From Octopus bimaculoides (taxonomy: Eukaryota): DNA of 64,000 bases. Position 1 is the first letter of the stretch, and every line of letters begins with the position of its first letter. The stretch is taken from contig NC_068989.1 of the NCBI RefSeq assembly GCF_001194135.2, positions 2,652,244-2,716,243 of the forward strand, written 5' to 3'. This document shows positions 1-12,488 of the stretch, piece after piece. Both the position numbers and the translations under genes were made by a program. A model generated the notes under the pieces. The model saw nothing but the letters and a program-made list of their open reading frames with translations, searched no databases and was not told where the DNA came from.

Positions 1-45
<45 letters not shown>

Positions 46-594
46 TATATATATGCATTCATGTATGTATGTACGTATGCTTATATACATACGTATTTCG
101 ATACATCTATAAATGTATAAATGTGCATAGGAGTGTGTGTGTCTATTCAGACACACTCATGTATATTAATATAATATTAAAATACATTATATAACTCATA
201 GTCCATATACACACACGCCCGCACACACGTATGTATTTTTCCGAAGATACAGACCGAAAGAGGACTAAAGAGAAAGAAAAAAAATACGAAATAGCGAGGG
301 GAACTACATAGACAGAAAGAGAGAAGCGAAAGATAGCTCTATGCTATTAATCTGTATTAATAGCTATTCTGTGGAACTATAAATGGGTAATTTCACGTTT
401 AAATATTGACAACCACTCCTATTATCTTCATTCGGTTCATGTCATCCATTTTGAAGTGTATCACTTTTCAGTGTCTCTTTATGTGTTCAGAGTCTCTAAT
501 CTAAAATCCTGACTTCCATATAATATTTTTCACGCTGTGATGAAGATCGAAAATAAGCAAAATGTACACCTATACTTAGTATAAATATGTATAC

Positions 595-645
595 CTTCAA
601 CTTGTGCCAATTCAGTTAACCTTATAACGTATACTTGCTTCATAT
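595..645 (-). CDS. Candidate 51-nt phase 1-1 coding exon of an unknown gene
   Basis: Minus strand: acceptor ctaaacttttccAG, open frame (D)MKQVYVIRLTELAQVE, donor AAG|GTATAC. Phase-compatible with the 1635-1829 candidate. No homology recognised. Confidence 0.25.
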
Positions 646-1634
646 CTGGAAAAGTTTAGCCATTGTGGTCGCCACAAAAGAAAAGATCCACTCTTTACAC
701 TAACATTTCTATTCCGACTTGATGTCGCCAAATATTCCCTCATCAACATTTGTGCAATCATGTTCTTCTTTGAAAGGGAAGATTAATATACATATATATA
801 TATACACACACACAAATACATATACGTGTGCGTTTATGTATATACAACAAAAGAAAATTTCTCCATCCAGTGAGAGATAAATATTTAATGTACACAGGAT
901 TTAAATGTGAGCTACTATTAGTTTCATGCCTCTAATTATACAATAGCCGGACGAGCTTGTATAGCGTTCTGTGTAAATTTTTCAAGTTCAAAATAGAATA
1001 TGGATCTCTCTGAGGAAAAGCGAGAAAGAGAAAGAATGAACAAGATGGAAAAAGTAAATGAGAAAAGGGAACAAGAAAAAAATCATGGAGGGAAGCAAGA
1101 TAAGTGTTATGTTTTTTGGTCAACGGAAATTACAATATGGTTCGTGCAGTTTATTCGTGTAAAAGTTAAAGTTTGTTAGAGGATGATGTTTAGCATTTCG
1201 ATAATAGAAACTTATCCAGATGTTTGCATTTAATTAAATTTCGGGTCTAGAATTCAGTAGGTTGGTAAAGTTCCTAGATTTTGAAAGCATATGAGTTCAC
1301 TCGGCTTTACAAAGCCTACACATCATTGATCCATTAACACAAAGCATGAATTTTATACTACAATGTTACTCCAATTCTTAGTCGAACAATGATCTATTAT
1401 TTTCAAAAATACCTTGATTTTTAAGACAGGTCACAGAAATCCTGAAATACAAAAAAGTGTTTACAATAAATGCTGATAATTCTGTTGTGGTTAGTCATGA
1501 ATATGATACACAAGAGATTAAATGCAGGAATATGCATGTTTTGTCACAACTGACCACTGGATTAGTCGCTGATATTTGTCAATGGAAATAAACCGGTTTT
1601 GTTTCATGAGAGATCAAGTGTTAAAGAAACTTAC

Positions 1635-1829
1635 CTTCCATAAGTTCACAAACCGAAGTTACTAAATTTTCAACCATCATACTTTTAAGGCATGGCACCG
1701 AGAAACTATAATCAAGCCAATATGGAGCATCAACATGGTCGCTGATCTCCTTGGAATAGCGCTCCATCCACCTGCAAGCCACTGTGCCACCTTCAAAATG
1801 ACACATTGGATAATGTACTCTAAGATAGA
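1635..1829 (-). CDS. Candidate 195-nt coding exon of an unknown gene
   Basis: Minus strand: pyrimidine-rich acceptor ttctgtgttcttcttatgatcAG, open frame YLRVHYPMCHFEGGTVACRWMERYSKEISDHVDAPYWLDYSFSVPCLKSMMVENLVTSVCELME, consensus donor AAG|GTAAGT at 1634. This is the only frame open up to the donor; the sequence is non-repetitive. Confidence 0.35.
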
Positions 1830-2454
1830 CTGATCATAAGAAGAACACAGAATATTCAGCCTTCAAAAACTCTCAGCCTTAATTTTCATCAATCAGATCG
1901 ACATGAGATTCAACAACAGCAGTAGCAGCAGCAGCAGTAGAAGCAGTAGAAGCAGTAGAAGCAGTAGAAGCAGTAGAAGCAAGCAAAGAATTTTTTTTTT
2001 TTTTTTTTGAAAACTGAAAATTTCGAGTCGTATGACCGAAGAGTATATACAAAAACCGTTCGAGTTCTAGAATCTCAGACTTTGGTCGTGAGGGCACATA
2101 CTAATTATATTTCGTACTCAATGACAAATATCGTAGATCTTATTTTGATTGGTAAATATTTCTCACAGACAAATGTATTGATTAATAAAATTCAAAACTG
2201 AAAACGGCAAATATTTTCCAAATAATTTAATAGAAATATCTTTATTACATTTAGTTTATGAAGGTTTGTTGGAATAATTAAATAATTCAATAAGCTGTGG
2301 ATCATAAAGTAAACTTTTATATTTAAAATTTTATGGTGCTGTGATGTTGAGTCTTTCCCACAATAATAATAAGAGGTGTCGATCTTTTGTCTTTTACAAA
2401 TTTAGCTCCAAAAGCTTTCTTTTTCTATTCTCTTTCTGTTTATTTTCTCGTGTT

Positions 2455-2575
2455 CCTTTCTGCTGAAGAGCGTAGGATCGAAACGTAAAAGACTTTCTCA
2501 CCTTCCCGAGCATTAAACTAATACACCTGTTTGTTGTCTACACACCTGTCTTTGCTGTAGCATTTATCGATCCAC
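2455..2575 (+). mobile_element. Probable Penelope-like terminal remnant with a degenerate hammerhead-like core
   Basis: CTGAAGA(2463-2469)...CGAAACGTA(2479-2487) is the core order of minimal PLE hammerheads; stems I and II do not pair well. Confidence 0.4.
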
Positions 2576-2577
2576 TG

Positions 2578-2578
2578 T

Positions 2579-2674
<96 letters not shown>

Positions 2675-2676
2675 TG
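2578..2676. repeat. (TG)n microsatellite
   Basis: Near-perfect TG run, read directly. Confidence 0.98.
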
Positions 2677-3955
2677 TAAAAGATATCAGGCCACTTCAGT
2701 TACACTCTATACAATTTTCCATACGCGAATATGTGCGCCTACGAAACTTGAAGCTACGTATACCTAAGTCAACCCATTATTAAATGTTTAAATCTCAAAT
2801 TGTATTGAGTACTACATTTTTCGCTTGCCCATCTACACACACACGCACACACATGACGAGCATCCCCTAAGCCTCCGTCTCCCAATTTCATTCTGAAGAC
2901 ATTGGTTAATTCTACACTATTTCTACACTATTACACGTCTAGGAGTTCACGCAGTGGGAGTGAACCTGAGGCCAACCATCTGGGTGCCGTCCCGCCCATG
3001 ACCATCCCATATTTCAATCATACAATGTATGTGAGATCTAAGACAACGTTATATAATGTGTGCTCGTATTTCTTTAAAATAATCAGAAGAGTTTTGAGCG
3101 AAATTCCGTTTGTGTTGGCTGATCACATGCACAATGAATTCTCTCGTTGGTTTGAAAATGGTAAGGGATGGTGTGAGAGGAACCAGCAGAGTTAAAGAAA
3201 ATATTGCACTCATTAGGAAAAATATATGGAGAAAATAATGTCAATATCTAACGGTTGATTCCAGAGTTCTGTAAATGCGTCTAATTAAGAATTAATTGGG
3301 TTGATTAGATGGTATGTCTTCTTTTGTTCCGTGCGTTTGTGCGGTGTGTGTGTGAGAGAGAAAGAGAGAAAGAGAGAGAGAGTAAGTGTATGTGTGCATG
3401 TATATGCATATATACATACATACACATACTCACGTACACACACACATATATATGTAATTATATATCTATATCAATATATATATACATATATATATACACG
3501 TATATATATATATATGTATACGTATAAACATGTATATATATATATACAAACGCACACATGCATATATAATATAGAGAAACTAGGAAGTATATATGCACAC
3601 ATGAATGCATACATACATACATACATACTCACACACACACACATATATATATATATACATGTATATATATACATATNNNNNNNNNNNNNNNNNNNNNNNN
3701 NNNNNNNNNNNNNNNNNNNNNNNNNNNNNNNNNNNNNNNNNNNNNNNNNNNNNNNNNNNNNNNNNNNNNNNNNNNNNNNNNNNNNNNNNNNNNNNNNNNN
3801 NNNNNNNNNNNNNNNNNNNNNNNNNNNNNNNNNNNNNNNNNNNNNNNNNNNNNNNNNNNNNNNNNNNNNNNNNNNNNNNNNNNNNNNNNNNNNNNNNNNN
3901 NNNNNNNNNNNNNNNNNNNNNNNNNNNNNNNNNNNNNNNNNNNNNNNNNNNNNNN

Positions 3956-3995
<40 letters not shown>

Positions 3996-4339
3996 GGAGA
4001 TTTCTTCTCTCAATTAAGAGCTAGCAGGCAAAGATAAAATCGTAGCAAACTTCTCTTTGAAGAGTTGTGCTTTTCAAGGGACGTGAACCAGGCGCGAAGA
4101 TGAAAAACTAAGCGCAGAAAGGCATCATAGATACGTACTTGGTAATAATGTCAAGGAGTCCTTCCGTCGTTGGTAAATTGATTGCGCCGGATAATCATCT
4201 TACAGATAGACTGCTACGTTAAAATATTCCTTCCAACCTGACTAGCGTCATAATGTGTTTGGTATGTATGTTCTTATGTTTGTATTTTGACAGCTACAAC
4301 TCCAGAGATATATCTATGCATGTACACTCGGGCGCTCAG

Positions 4340-4825
<486 letters not shown>

Positions 4826-5139
4826 ATAGCGATGCAGATTGGTTATTTGATGATAATTACAGATAACTAAAATCAAAATTTTGCCTTCCAGATATTTAAC
4901 TGTCGTTGGAATTTAGGTTAAAAGAACTCTTTTCAAAAGTATTAAAAGAGCAATTGAGAAATATGCTTGACATTGCAGTTCCCTGTAATTGAAGTGATGT
5001 AGAATTTGAGGATTGTGTTCCACGGACCATAAAGTCTATGTAAGTTCTTGAGGTAGATATTGTTATATACAGCGTTTATAATAATTATAATCACTGCATC
5101 TCATTCAATACAAATCGGTTGTTGAAGGTGGACATGGGT

Positions 5140-5500
5140 TGTTTTTTTTAATGAAAATAACTGCTTTAATAAGTTGGTCACTCAGCTCATCTTATCACTA
5201 AATACCGAATTTTGCCTTATTTGCATTACTCTTTGCTCCGTTTGATTAACATCTCTTCAGATCATAGTCACTTTATTTAGACTATTAATTAACTGTGAAG
5301 AGGTTAAAATTGATATTGTGTGTTTCATTGCTCCGAAGCCTGAAGAATTATACTCCCGAGGGATCAATAATTTGCTAAATGGAAGGGATTATGTTCTCAG
5401 TAATGAGGGAAAATATTATCTGGATTAAATACATCAATAAAAACCAAAGTCACATTTGCTTCTTTCTCATTTTCAAATGGGACAGGACTTTCTAACCTAA
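5140..5500 (+). mobile_element. Mariner transposase 3' remnant with 3' TIR
   Basis: FAPFD*HLFRS (cf. LAPSDYHLFRSL), then NCEEVKIDIVCFIAPKPEELYSRGINNLLNGRDYVLSNEGKYYLD*, matching the mariner C-terminus; ends ...CTAACCTAA|TA like a mariner TIR plus TA target site. Confidence 0.8.
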
Positions 5501-6339
5501 TATATATGTATATGTATATGTGGGTATGTATGCATGGGTGTGCATATATTATNNNNNNNNNNNNNNNNNNNNNNNNNNNNNNNNNNNNNNNNNNNNNNNN
5601 NNNNNNNNNNNNNNNNNNNNNNNNNNNNNNNNNNNNNNNNNNNNNNNNNNNNNNNNNNNNNNNNNNNNNNNNNNNNNNNNNNNNNNNNNNNNNNNNNNNN
5701 NNNNNNNNNNNNNNNNNNNNNNNNNNNNNNNNNNNNNNNNNNNNNNNNNNNNNNNNNNNNNNNNNNNNNNNNNNNNNNNNNNNNNNNNNNNNNNNNNNNN
5801 NNNNNNNNNNNNNNNNNNNNNNNNNNNNNNNNNNNNNNNNNNNNNNNNNNNNNNNNNNNNNNNNNNNNNNNNNNNNNNNNNNNNNNNNNNNNNNNNNNNN
5901 NNNNNNNNNNNNNNNNNNNNNNNNNNNNNNNNNNNNNNNNNNNNNNNNNNNNNNNNNNNNNNNNNNNNNNNNNNNNNNNNNNNNNNNNNNNNNNNNNNNN
6001 NNNNNNNNNNNNNNNNNNNNNNNNNNNNNNNNNNNNNNNNNNNNNNNNNNNNNNNNNNNNNNNNNNNNNNNNNNNNNNNNNNNNNNNNNNNNNNNNNNNN
6101 NNNNNNNNNNNNNNNNNNNNNNNNNNNNNNNNNNNNNNNNNNNNNNNNNNNNNNNNNNNNNNNNNNNNNNNNNNNNNNNNNNNNNNNNNNNNNNNNNNNN
6201 NNNNNNNNNNNNNNNNNNNNNNNNNNNNNNNNNNNNNNNNNNNNNNNNNNNNNNNNNNNNNNNNNNNNNNNNNNNNNNNNNNNNNNNNNNNNNNNNNNNN
6301 NNNNNNNNNNNNNNNNTTTTCATCCTTTTGTAACAATTC

Positions 6340-7180
6340 ACTATAATTGCGGCGTTTGGTGATGGTGGTAGTGAGGTATTAGGTGAGATATTGGAAAGAA
6401 GGAGACGGGGGACGGGGGACGGTGGAAAAGTGGGTGGAGGCCTAGAGATGAAGTTTAATGCTGTGAAGTGTAAGGTGGCGAACGGTGTTGAGTGATGGGG
6501 TGGTGGGTTGGGGGTGTTGAGATTGGAGATGATGATGATGGTTAAAGATGGTAATGGTGGCAGTGTGAAAGGCGACAGTGTGATCGTGATGTCACAAAAC
6601 GTTAAAAGCGAATTTAGAAGCGAAAATGATGTGAAGGAACTTGACGATGATGATGATGATGATGATGATTATGATTATGATGATGTTGATGATGATGACG
6701 ACAACGACGACGAAGACAATGACGATGAAGAGATGGGGAAGGACGAGGAGGAGGAGGATGAGGAAGGCGTGAAGGAAGAAAAGAGGGAAGTAAAAGAGGT
6801 GGAGGAGGAGGGGAACTAGGGGAAAAGGAGAAAATGGAGGAGGAGATTGAGAAGGAGGAGATGGAGAAGGCGGAGAAGGAGGACGTTGACGAAGGTGAAG
6901 GAAGGGGTGGTTATAATGCGAATTTTGGTAGTAGTGGGAGGGATGATGATGACGACGATGACGATAACGACGACGACGACGACGATGATGATGATGATGA
7001 CGACGATGATGATAACAGTGGGTAGGAATTGATGTAGAGGTGGGTAACGTTCTGTACGATGAAGTTTTGATATTGTCGAATGATAACACCATCTTCAATG
7101 AAGAAAATCTGCACAACCACCACCACCACCACATCCACCACCACCACCACATCCACCACCATCATCATCATCAACGACAG
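6340..7180. repeat. Low-complexity mosaic of (GAT)n/(GAC)n/(GAG)n/(CAC)n trinucleotide repeats
   Basis: Read directly; gives homopolymeric peptides in all frames. Confidence 0.9.
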
Positions 7181-7280
7181 CATGATGGAAGTAAATTTCT
7201 GTTATAGGCGTATATTCATAACAGCAAGATATCCTGTTAAATTCAGAAGAAAGACTCTTGGACGTCTGTACGTAAATTAT

Positions 7281-7348
<68 letters not shown>

Positions 7349-7560
7349 TACACATGTGTAAACGTGTATTTGTGGTTGTATGAACGGACATAGTATTTAT
7401 AGCGACACGAATGTCTGTGTCGCTCTTTTCAAGGTATTTTGTTGTTGTTGAATTGCAATTAAGACCGGAAGTTCTTGTGATACAAATAATCGGTAAGCTA
7501 AAAGTTCCATCTGGTGTAAATACATCATTATATCGCATTATGTCGTAAATACAATCACGC

Positions 7561-7634
7561 GAAAGAAGCAGCAGAAGCAGCAGAAGCAGCAGAAGCAGCA
7601 GCAGAAGAAGAAGAAGCAGCAGCAGCAGCAACAC

Positions 7635-7674
<40 letters not shown>

Positions 7675-7705
7675 GGTGGTTTTAGTAGTAGTAGTAGTAG
7701 TAGTA
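7561..7705. repeat. (GCA/GAA)n followed by (TAG)n/(TGG)n
   Basis: Read directly. Confidence 0.95.
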
Positions 7706-7829
7706 AAAATTAAAGTTAAATTAATTATTAAAATTTAAAACTAAATTCAAAATCTCAAACTAAGAAAACTAAAACTTAAAAACTACAAAAACTAAAAATT
7801 ATTCTCTGTCCCAGGAGAACATGATGCCC

Positions 7830-8040
7830 CACTATTAGACCAATTAACCCTTCCACTATAGATAGACGAACTAAAATCCTCGCTAGAAAACACAAGAAGG
7901 ACCTCGGGTGAGACACTCTCGTCCGCCCTACGCTCCCCCGCATAACACTCGACCGAAACTCAGACTGGTAAACGACAATGAATCCTGCAACTTTCCTCTA
8001 ACAAATACCAACCCATCAACTTCTTACTAACCAAAACCAA
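7830..8040 (+). mobile_element. Decayed non-LTR retrotransposon fragment just upstream of the RT core
   Basis: IDELKSSLENTRRTS and NKYQPINFL resemble the EL..AL.....K.PG and YRPISL motifs of LINE ORF2; stops and frameshifts present. Confidence 0.5.
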
Positions 8041-8327
8041 GGCGACGATCTGACAGAAACGTTAGGACGCCGGGCGAAATGCTTAGTGGTATTTCGTCTG
8101 TCTTTACGTTCTGAGTTCAAATTCCGCCGAAGTACCAGTTACGCACTGGAGTCGATCTAATCGACTTAATACCTTTGTCTGTCCTTGTTTGTCCCCTCTA
8201 AGTTTAGCCCCTTGTGGGCAATAAGGAAATAAGAAACGTTAGGACGCTGGGCGAAATGCTTAGCGGTATTTCGTCTGTCTGTACGTTCTGAGTTCAAATT
8301 CCACCGAGGTCGACTCTGCCTTTCATC
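8041..8327 (+). mobile_element. Family A tRNA-headed SINE, dimeric form with ~40-nt internal deletion
   Basis: Two GTTCTGAGTTCAAATTCC B-box heads joined by an 80-nt linker that also occurs at 47175-47254. Confidence 0.9.
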
Positions 8328-8369
8328 AACACTAGAATTTAAAGCTTCCACTATTCGTTTGGCGCTTCT

Positions 8370-9140
8370 TCGGGGAGGAAATGCTGTGGTAATACGGAAT
8401 TGAAACTCCTACTTGTGTATTACTTCGAAAATCCAGTGAGCCTCAAGGGTTATGAAAAGTTTAATCTACCTCTGATTCAGCGTTCAAATAAGAATGCATG
8501 GGTGACAAAGAGTTTTTACAAAGAGTGGCTGTTCTGCTGCAGAAAAGTACAGTACCAAACCTATTTCCTACAAATAATTGCTCCTTTTACACAATGGACC
8601 AAGCCACCCGATGAAATTAAAGGAACTTTTTGATAATGTGACAGTAGAATATATCCCCAACAAGTACTTTCCTCCAATCAACAGATCAATGTGTGACGGC
8701 TAACTCGAATTTTCCAAAAACATGAATGGAATTGACAGGGTGGATAAGCCCACTGTTAGAGACGTATGGAAGAAGTTCAACATGATGGATGCTGTGGATA
8801 ACATAACTAAGTCATTGGATGAAGTGAAACCTTCAACTCTGAAGTTTTCCAAAAGCATAAAACGTACGTCAAAATTGGAAGGATATTTTAACATTTTCAA
8901 ATGATGTTGAACTTGAAAAAGTCATAGAGCATGGCGTTGTTGAGTTACTAGTCTTCTATAGAGAATTTTATCTAACGACCAGCTGTTGCTGTTAGAACAA
9001 GAAGAGTAGAGGATAGAGTTGGAATACGGAAATTCCATTTGACAAGAATATTGCTAAGGGGTTAGCACTCATAGAACATTTACAACACGATTGTCAACTC
9101 GGATCACTGAAAGCTGAAGTGTTCTTATTTGGCAGTCACC
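8370..9140 (+). mobile_element. pogo/Tigger-like DDE transposase remnant
   Basis: NPVSLKGYEKFNLPLIQRSNKNAWVTKSFYKEW and TVRDVWKKFNMMDAVDNITKSLDEVK match Tigger DDE_1 motifs (LP..WRSNKKAW.T; W..YNI.DA..NI..AW.EV); broken by frameshifts. Confidence 0.8.
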
Positions 9141-9569
9141 ATATATATATTTTTTTGTGTTATTTCTATTGGTGACGGTAAAACTAGTAAAGGTAAAATG
9201 TATAAATGCTTAAGAAATTTGAATTCATTTATTTTATGAGAATTGTTCGGCGATCTTAATAATTAATATTGAATATTGACCTATAATTTTGGTGCCTACT
9301 TAATAAATTCTAATTAAGTCGGTTGTCAAGGTAGAATAACGCAAGATTCTAGCAGTAAATCAAGAAATCAAATTCTTATAATTCTGAGTGTCAGTTGACG
9401 TTTATGGAATAGGTGTGAACATCTAGCCAAATAAGTGTCTTACATTTCGATATAGAATATAACTCTTTGAATTGAAGTAGGACTCAAGTTTCCAAAGATA
9501 GAATTCTAACCGCATCTTAAGTACTTATTGATACTACTCTAGTCATTAAGTCACAAGCTTTCTCCTTTT

Positions 9570-9890
9570 GCTGAAGAACACGACGCCTCGCCAGGAATCG
9601 AACTCATGACCACAAGCCGATTACCCTAGCTCGTGGGTTCGACTCCCGGCTGCACTTTATGTCCTTAAGCAAGATACTTTATTTCAACTTACTCTAGTTC
9701 ACTCAACAAGCAAAAATGAGTTGTACTTGTAATTCAAAGGCCCAGCCTTGTCACACTCCGTGTCACACTGAATCTCTTTGAGAATTATGTTAAGAGTACT
9801 CGTGTCTAATGGAATTCTCAGCCATTTGCATGTTAATTTCACTAGCAGGCTGTTCGGTTGATTGAATCAACGGGAACAGCCAGACCATTG
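9570..9890 (+). mobile_element. Family C SINE (+) fused to a short inverted family C head fragment
   Basis: B-box GGTTCGACTCC, CORE-like TGTCCTTAAGCAAGATACTT, 3' part matching 53205-53280. Confidence 0.7.
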
Positions 9891-10523
9891 GCAGTAGGGT
9901 ACGTTCCATAATTTACCGAGTTCTTGTGACACGTCTCAACACCTTAATTCACGTAAGGTATCGAGGGCAGTTCATCTGTCTTCATAATATATATACCAAT
10001 AGGGAAGAGGAATCGCCACTAAAAGCTAATGAACTACTTACAATATTTTTAGTGCCGCTTCTCATTGTGACACCTATTTACATCCAAGAGTCCATGAGAA
10101 CGAACTGGTATAAACTGGACGGAAAAGGGCAAAATAAATATTTTTCAACATTTTCAGAATAATTCTATTTTCTTGGTTCAAACCCCTCAGATTTTAAGTT
10201 TAATTTCGTCTTTTTCCAAACTTGATAGATACAACAAATCTCAAACGTCTAACCGTTATGAAATTAGCCTCGTCCAACGTCGAAAGAGTAACTTTACAAT
10301 GTTGTTTATAGCTGGTATTATCCATTTATTACTAAGTGGTCTTAGTAATAAATCACTTGAGAAATAGATATTATGGAAATTATAAGATTTGGTGCCGCAA
10401 TAAATAAAACATTCTTTTGTAATTTGCTGCTTTAAAAAAGGAGAATGATTAATCATTATAATCTCGCCTAATAAGTTAGAAAACTATAATTAATACAATT
10501 CATACAGCTGCAGCAAAATATTA

Positions 10524-10902
10524 GTTTCAAATCTTGGCACAAGGCCAGCTTGTTCAGAGAAGGGGGGCTAAATCGATTACATCGACCTCAGTTCTCAACT
10601 GGTACTTATTTTATCGACCCCGGAAGATTAAAAAACTGTTATGGGGGTAATAATAATAATGGATGGAACACCCATCCCACGTAACGAGTAGTGTGTGATA
10701 GTCGTTACAAATACTGTGACGTCGTGTAGTCGGTCATAAATAGTCGTGTCTTACTATACTGCTATACTAGAGTGGACGTTATAACAGTCCGACGTTGGAT
10801 TACAACAAAGACAAAATTAACCTCGGTGGAATTTGAACTCAGAACGTAAAATCTGACGAAATGCCGCAATGCATTTTACCCGGCGTGCTAACGATTCTGC
10901 CA
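10524..10902 (-). mobile_element. Family A SINE interrupted by a 171-bp insertion
   Basis: The SINE consensus resumes on both sides of 10637-10807. Confidence 0.85.
10637..10807. mobile_element. Solo-LTR-like insertion
   Basis: TGTTAT...ACAACA termini (TG..CA, short inverted repeat), flanks AAAAC and AAGAC consistent with a mutated 5-bp TSD, internal ATAAATA. Confidence 0.6.
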
Positions 10903-12488
10903 ATACTCACAATACATTGAGGCAAAGTTGGGGCAGCATTTAGGAAACTTCAACCAAATAATTCAATTAAGAATAGGAAACAGATTTGATTTTCCCAAAC
11001 CTAAGATATTTTATATTTAAACAGATTTTTCATTTCAGTCAGTCATAGAATTTCAAAGAATATAAATATAGAAACTAAATAAAAAAAAAGTTTTAAAGGA
11101 GTACTATTAATATGACTTCATAGAACGGTTCTTGATTTCTTTCTTTGCGTTTCATTTCAACCAAAAAACCTGAAGCGTTTCTGCTAATATTTGTAAATCT
11201 ATTACTTTATTTTTTAAAAAAAATGATCTTTTTATATTACTTTTCTGTTGCTCAGAAAAAACCCCTTCACCTACATTTTATGTTTGTCTCAATCAGAAAT
11301 CAATATTTTATTAGATTTCTTTTTATTAATTTAATCTAAGTTGTAGTTTTAATTAAGCTATAGAATAGCAGATACACTGGGACACCGAAATAAATTCCTC
11401 AAATTAGTTTGGTTTGTTATACGTCTTTGGTTCAAATCAAACTGGGGCTGCCTTTTTCTTTTCACTTCTGTGATGTGAAGCTGTTCAATGAAATATCAGT
11501 ATTTTTGGGAGCAGTTGTGCTGTCTCATATTCTTCAAATTTGTGGCGTTTTATCAATGTAAGGAGACTTTACCTATAAGTTCACCAAGTGCGAAATCATT
11601 GCTTTATTTTGTGATTTTTAAGTTTATTCTAATGCTGAGATTGAACCACTTATTTCAAATAAATATGAAATAATACTACAGAGACTGAAACAAAAATACA
11701 GAATGGCTCACGTCAATAAAGGACAAAAACGATCGTATTGCGTCTTGCCTATCTCTGTTCCGGATATTTATTGATCAGACGATTTTACAAAATGTTATAC
11801 ATATATTTCTATTTCACTGTATTCATCAATGTACTAAATGCTTAAAAACATATTTTTATCAATTTCAGAAAATTAAATTGTTCGTAAATGTTTGGAAAAT
11901 GTTTTGGTAAAAACTTAAACAAAACAAAATAATTCCTTAAATACAAAATAAGGAAAATAAAATCTGTTAAATTCTGTTTGCATGTTTGTAACATAAGTTA
12001 ATAATTTCTCCACAGCAACCAAAAGAAAGTGTGGTGTGAAATGTTCAAACCTTGGGGAAAATCTAAAATTATGGACGTCTAACTAAATTTCGACTACAAA
12101 ATATAATTGAAGAAGCTGTCATTTTTCAATATTAATAATTGTTTATTAAGAATATTTCGTAATTGATTCTACTTACTAATCACTTTACTTACTAATTAAT
12201 TCATACTGTTTCCCTTTTAGCTCAATCAATGCGTTACTCTTCATAATAGAATTATCCGAACACAAAATTTTAATTCAATACTGCAAAATATATTTATGAA
12301 AACATTATTACTTAAAGAATTTCGGTTAGTTGGGTGTGCGGAATAAGGGATATGGATTAAAAACCAATGTTTCGAATCATGATTGATGCACTGCGCTATT
12401 CTTGTTATCTAAACTGTTAAGATTTGTTCGTTCAATTTCACTGAATGTGAATATATTTAGTTCTATATTTAAGAGATGAGGAATTATG

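Noticed and set aside
1413-1441. Strong minus-strand acceptor (ttttttgtatttcAG) downstream of the 1635 donor
   Set aside because: Splicing to it gives G-F-L-stop at once; it cannot be distinguished from a chance site, though an alternative terminal exon is not excluded.
4892-5039. Plus-strand exon-like segment (ttccAG ... |GTAAGT)
   Set aside because: All three frames are closed and it adjoins a mariner remnant.
6508-7183. D/E-rich, poly-S, poly-H and poly-T ORFs
   Set aside because: Translations of trinucleotide microsatellite mosaics; no splice or codon evidence.
11573-11684. Minus-strand acceptor/donor pair
   Set aside because: All frames are closed; no other support.
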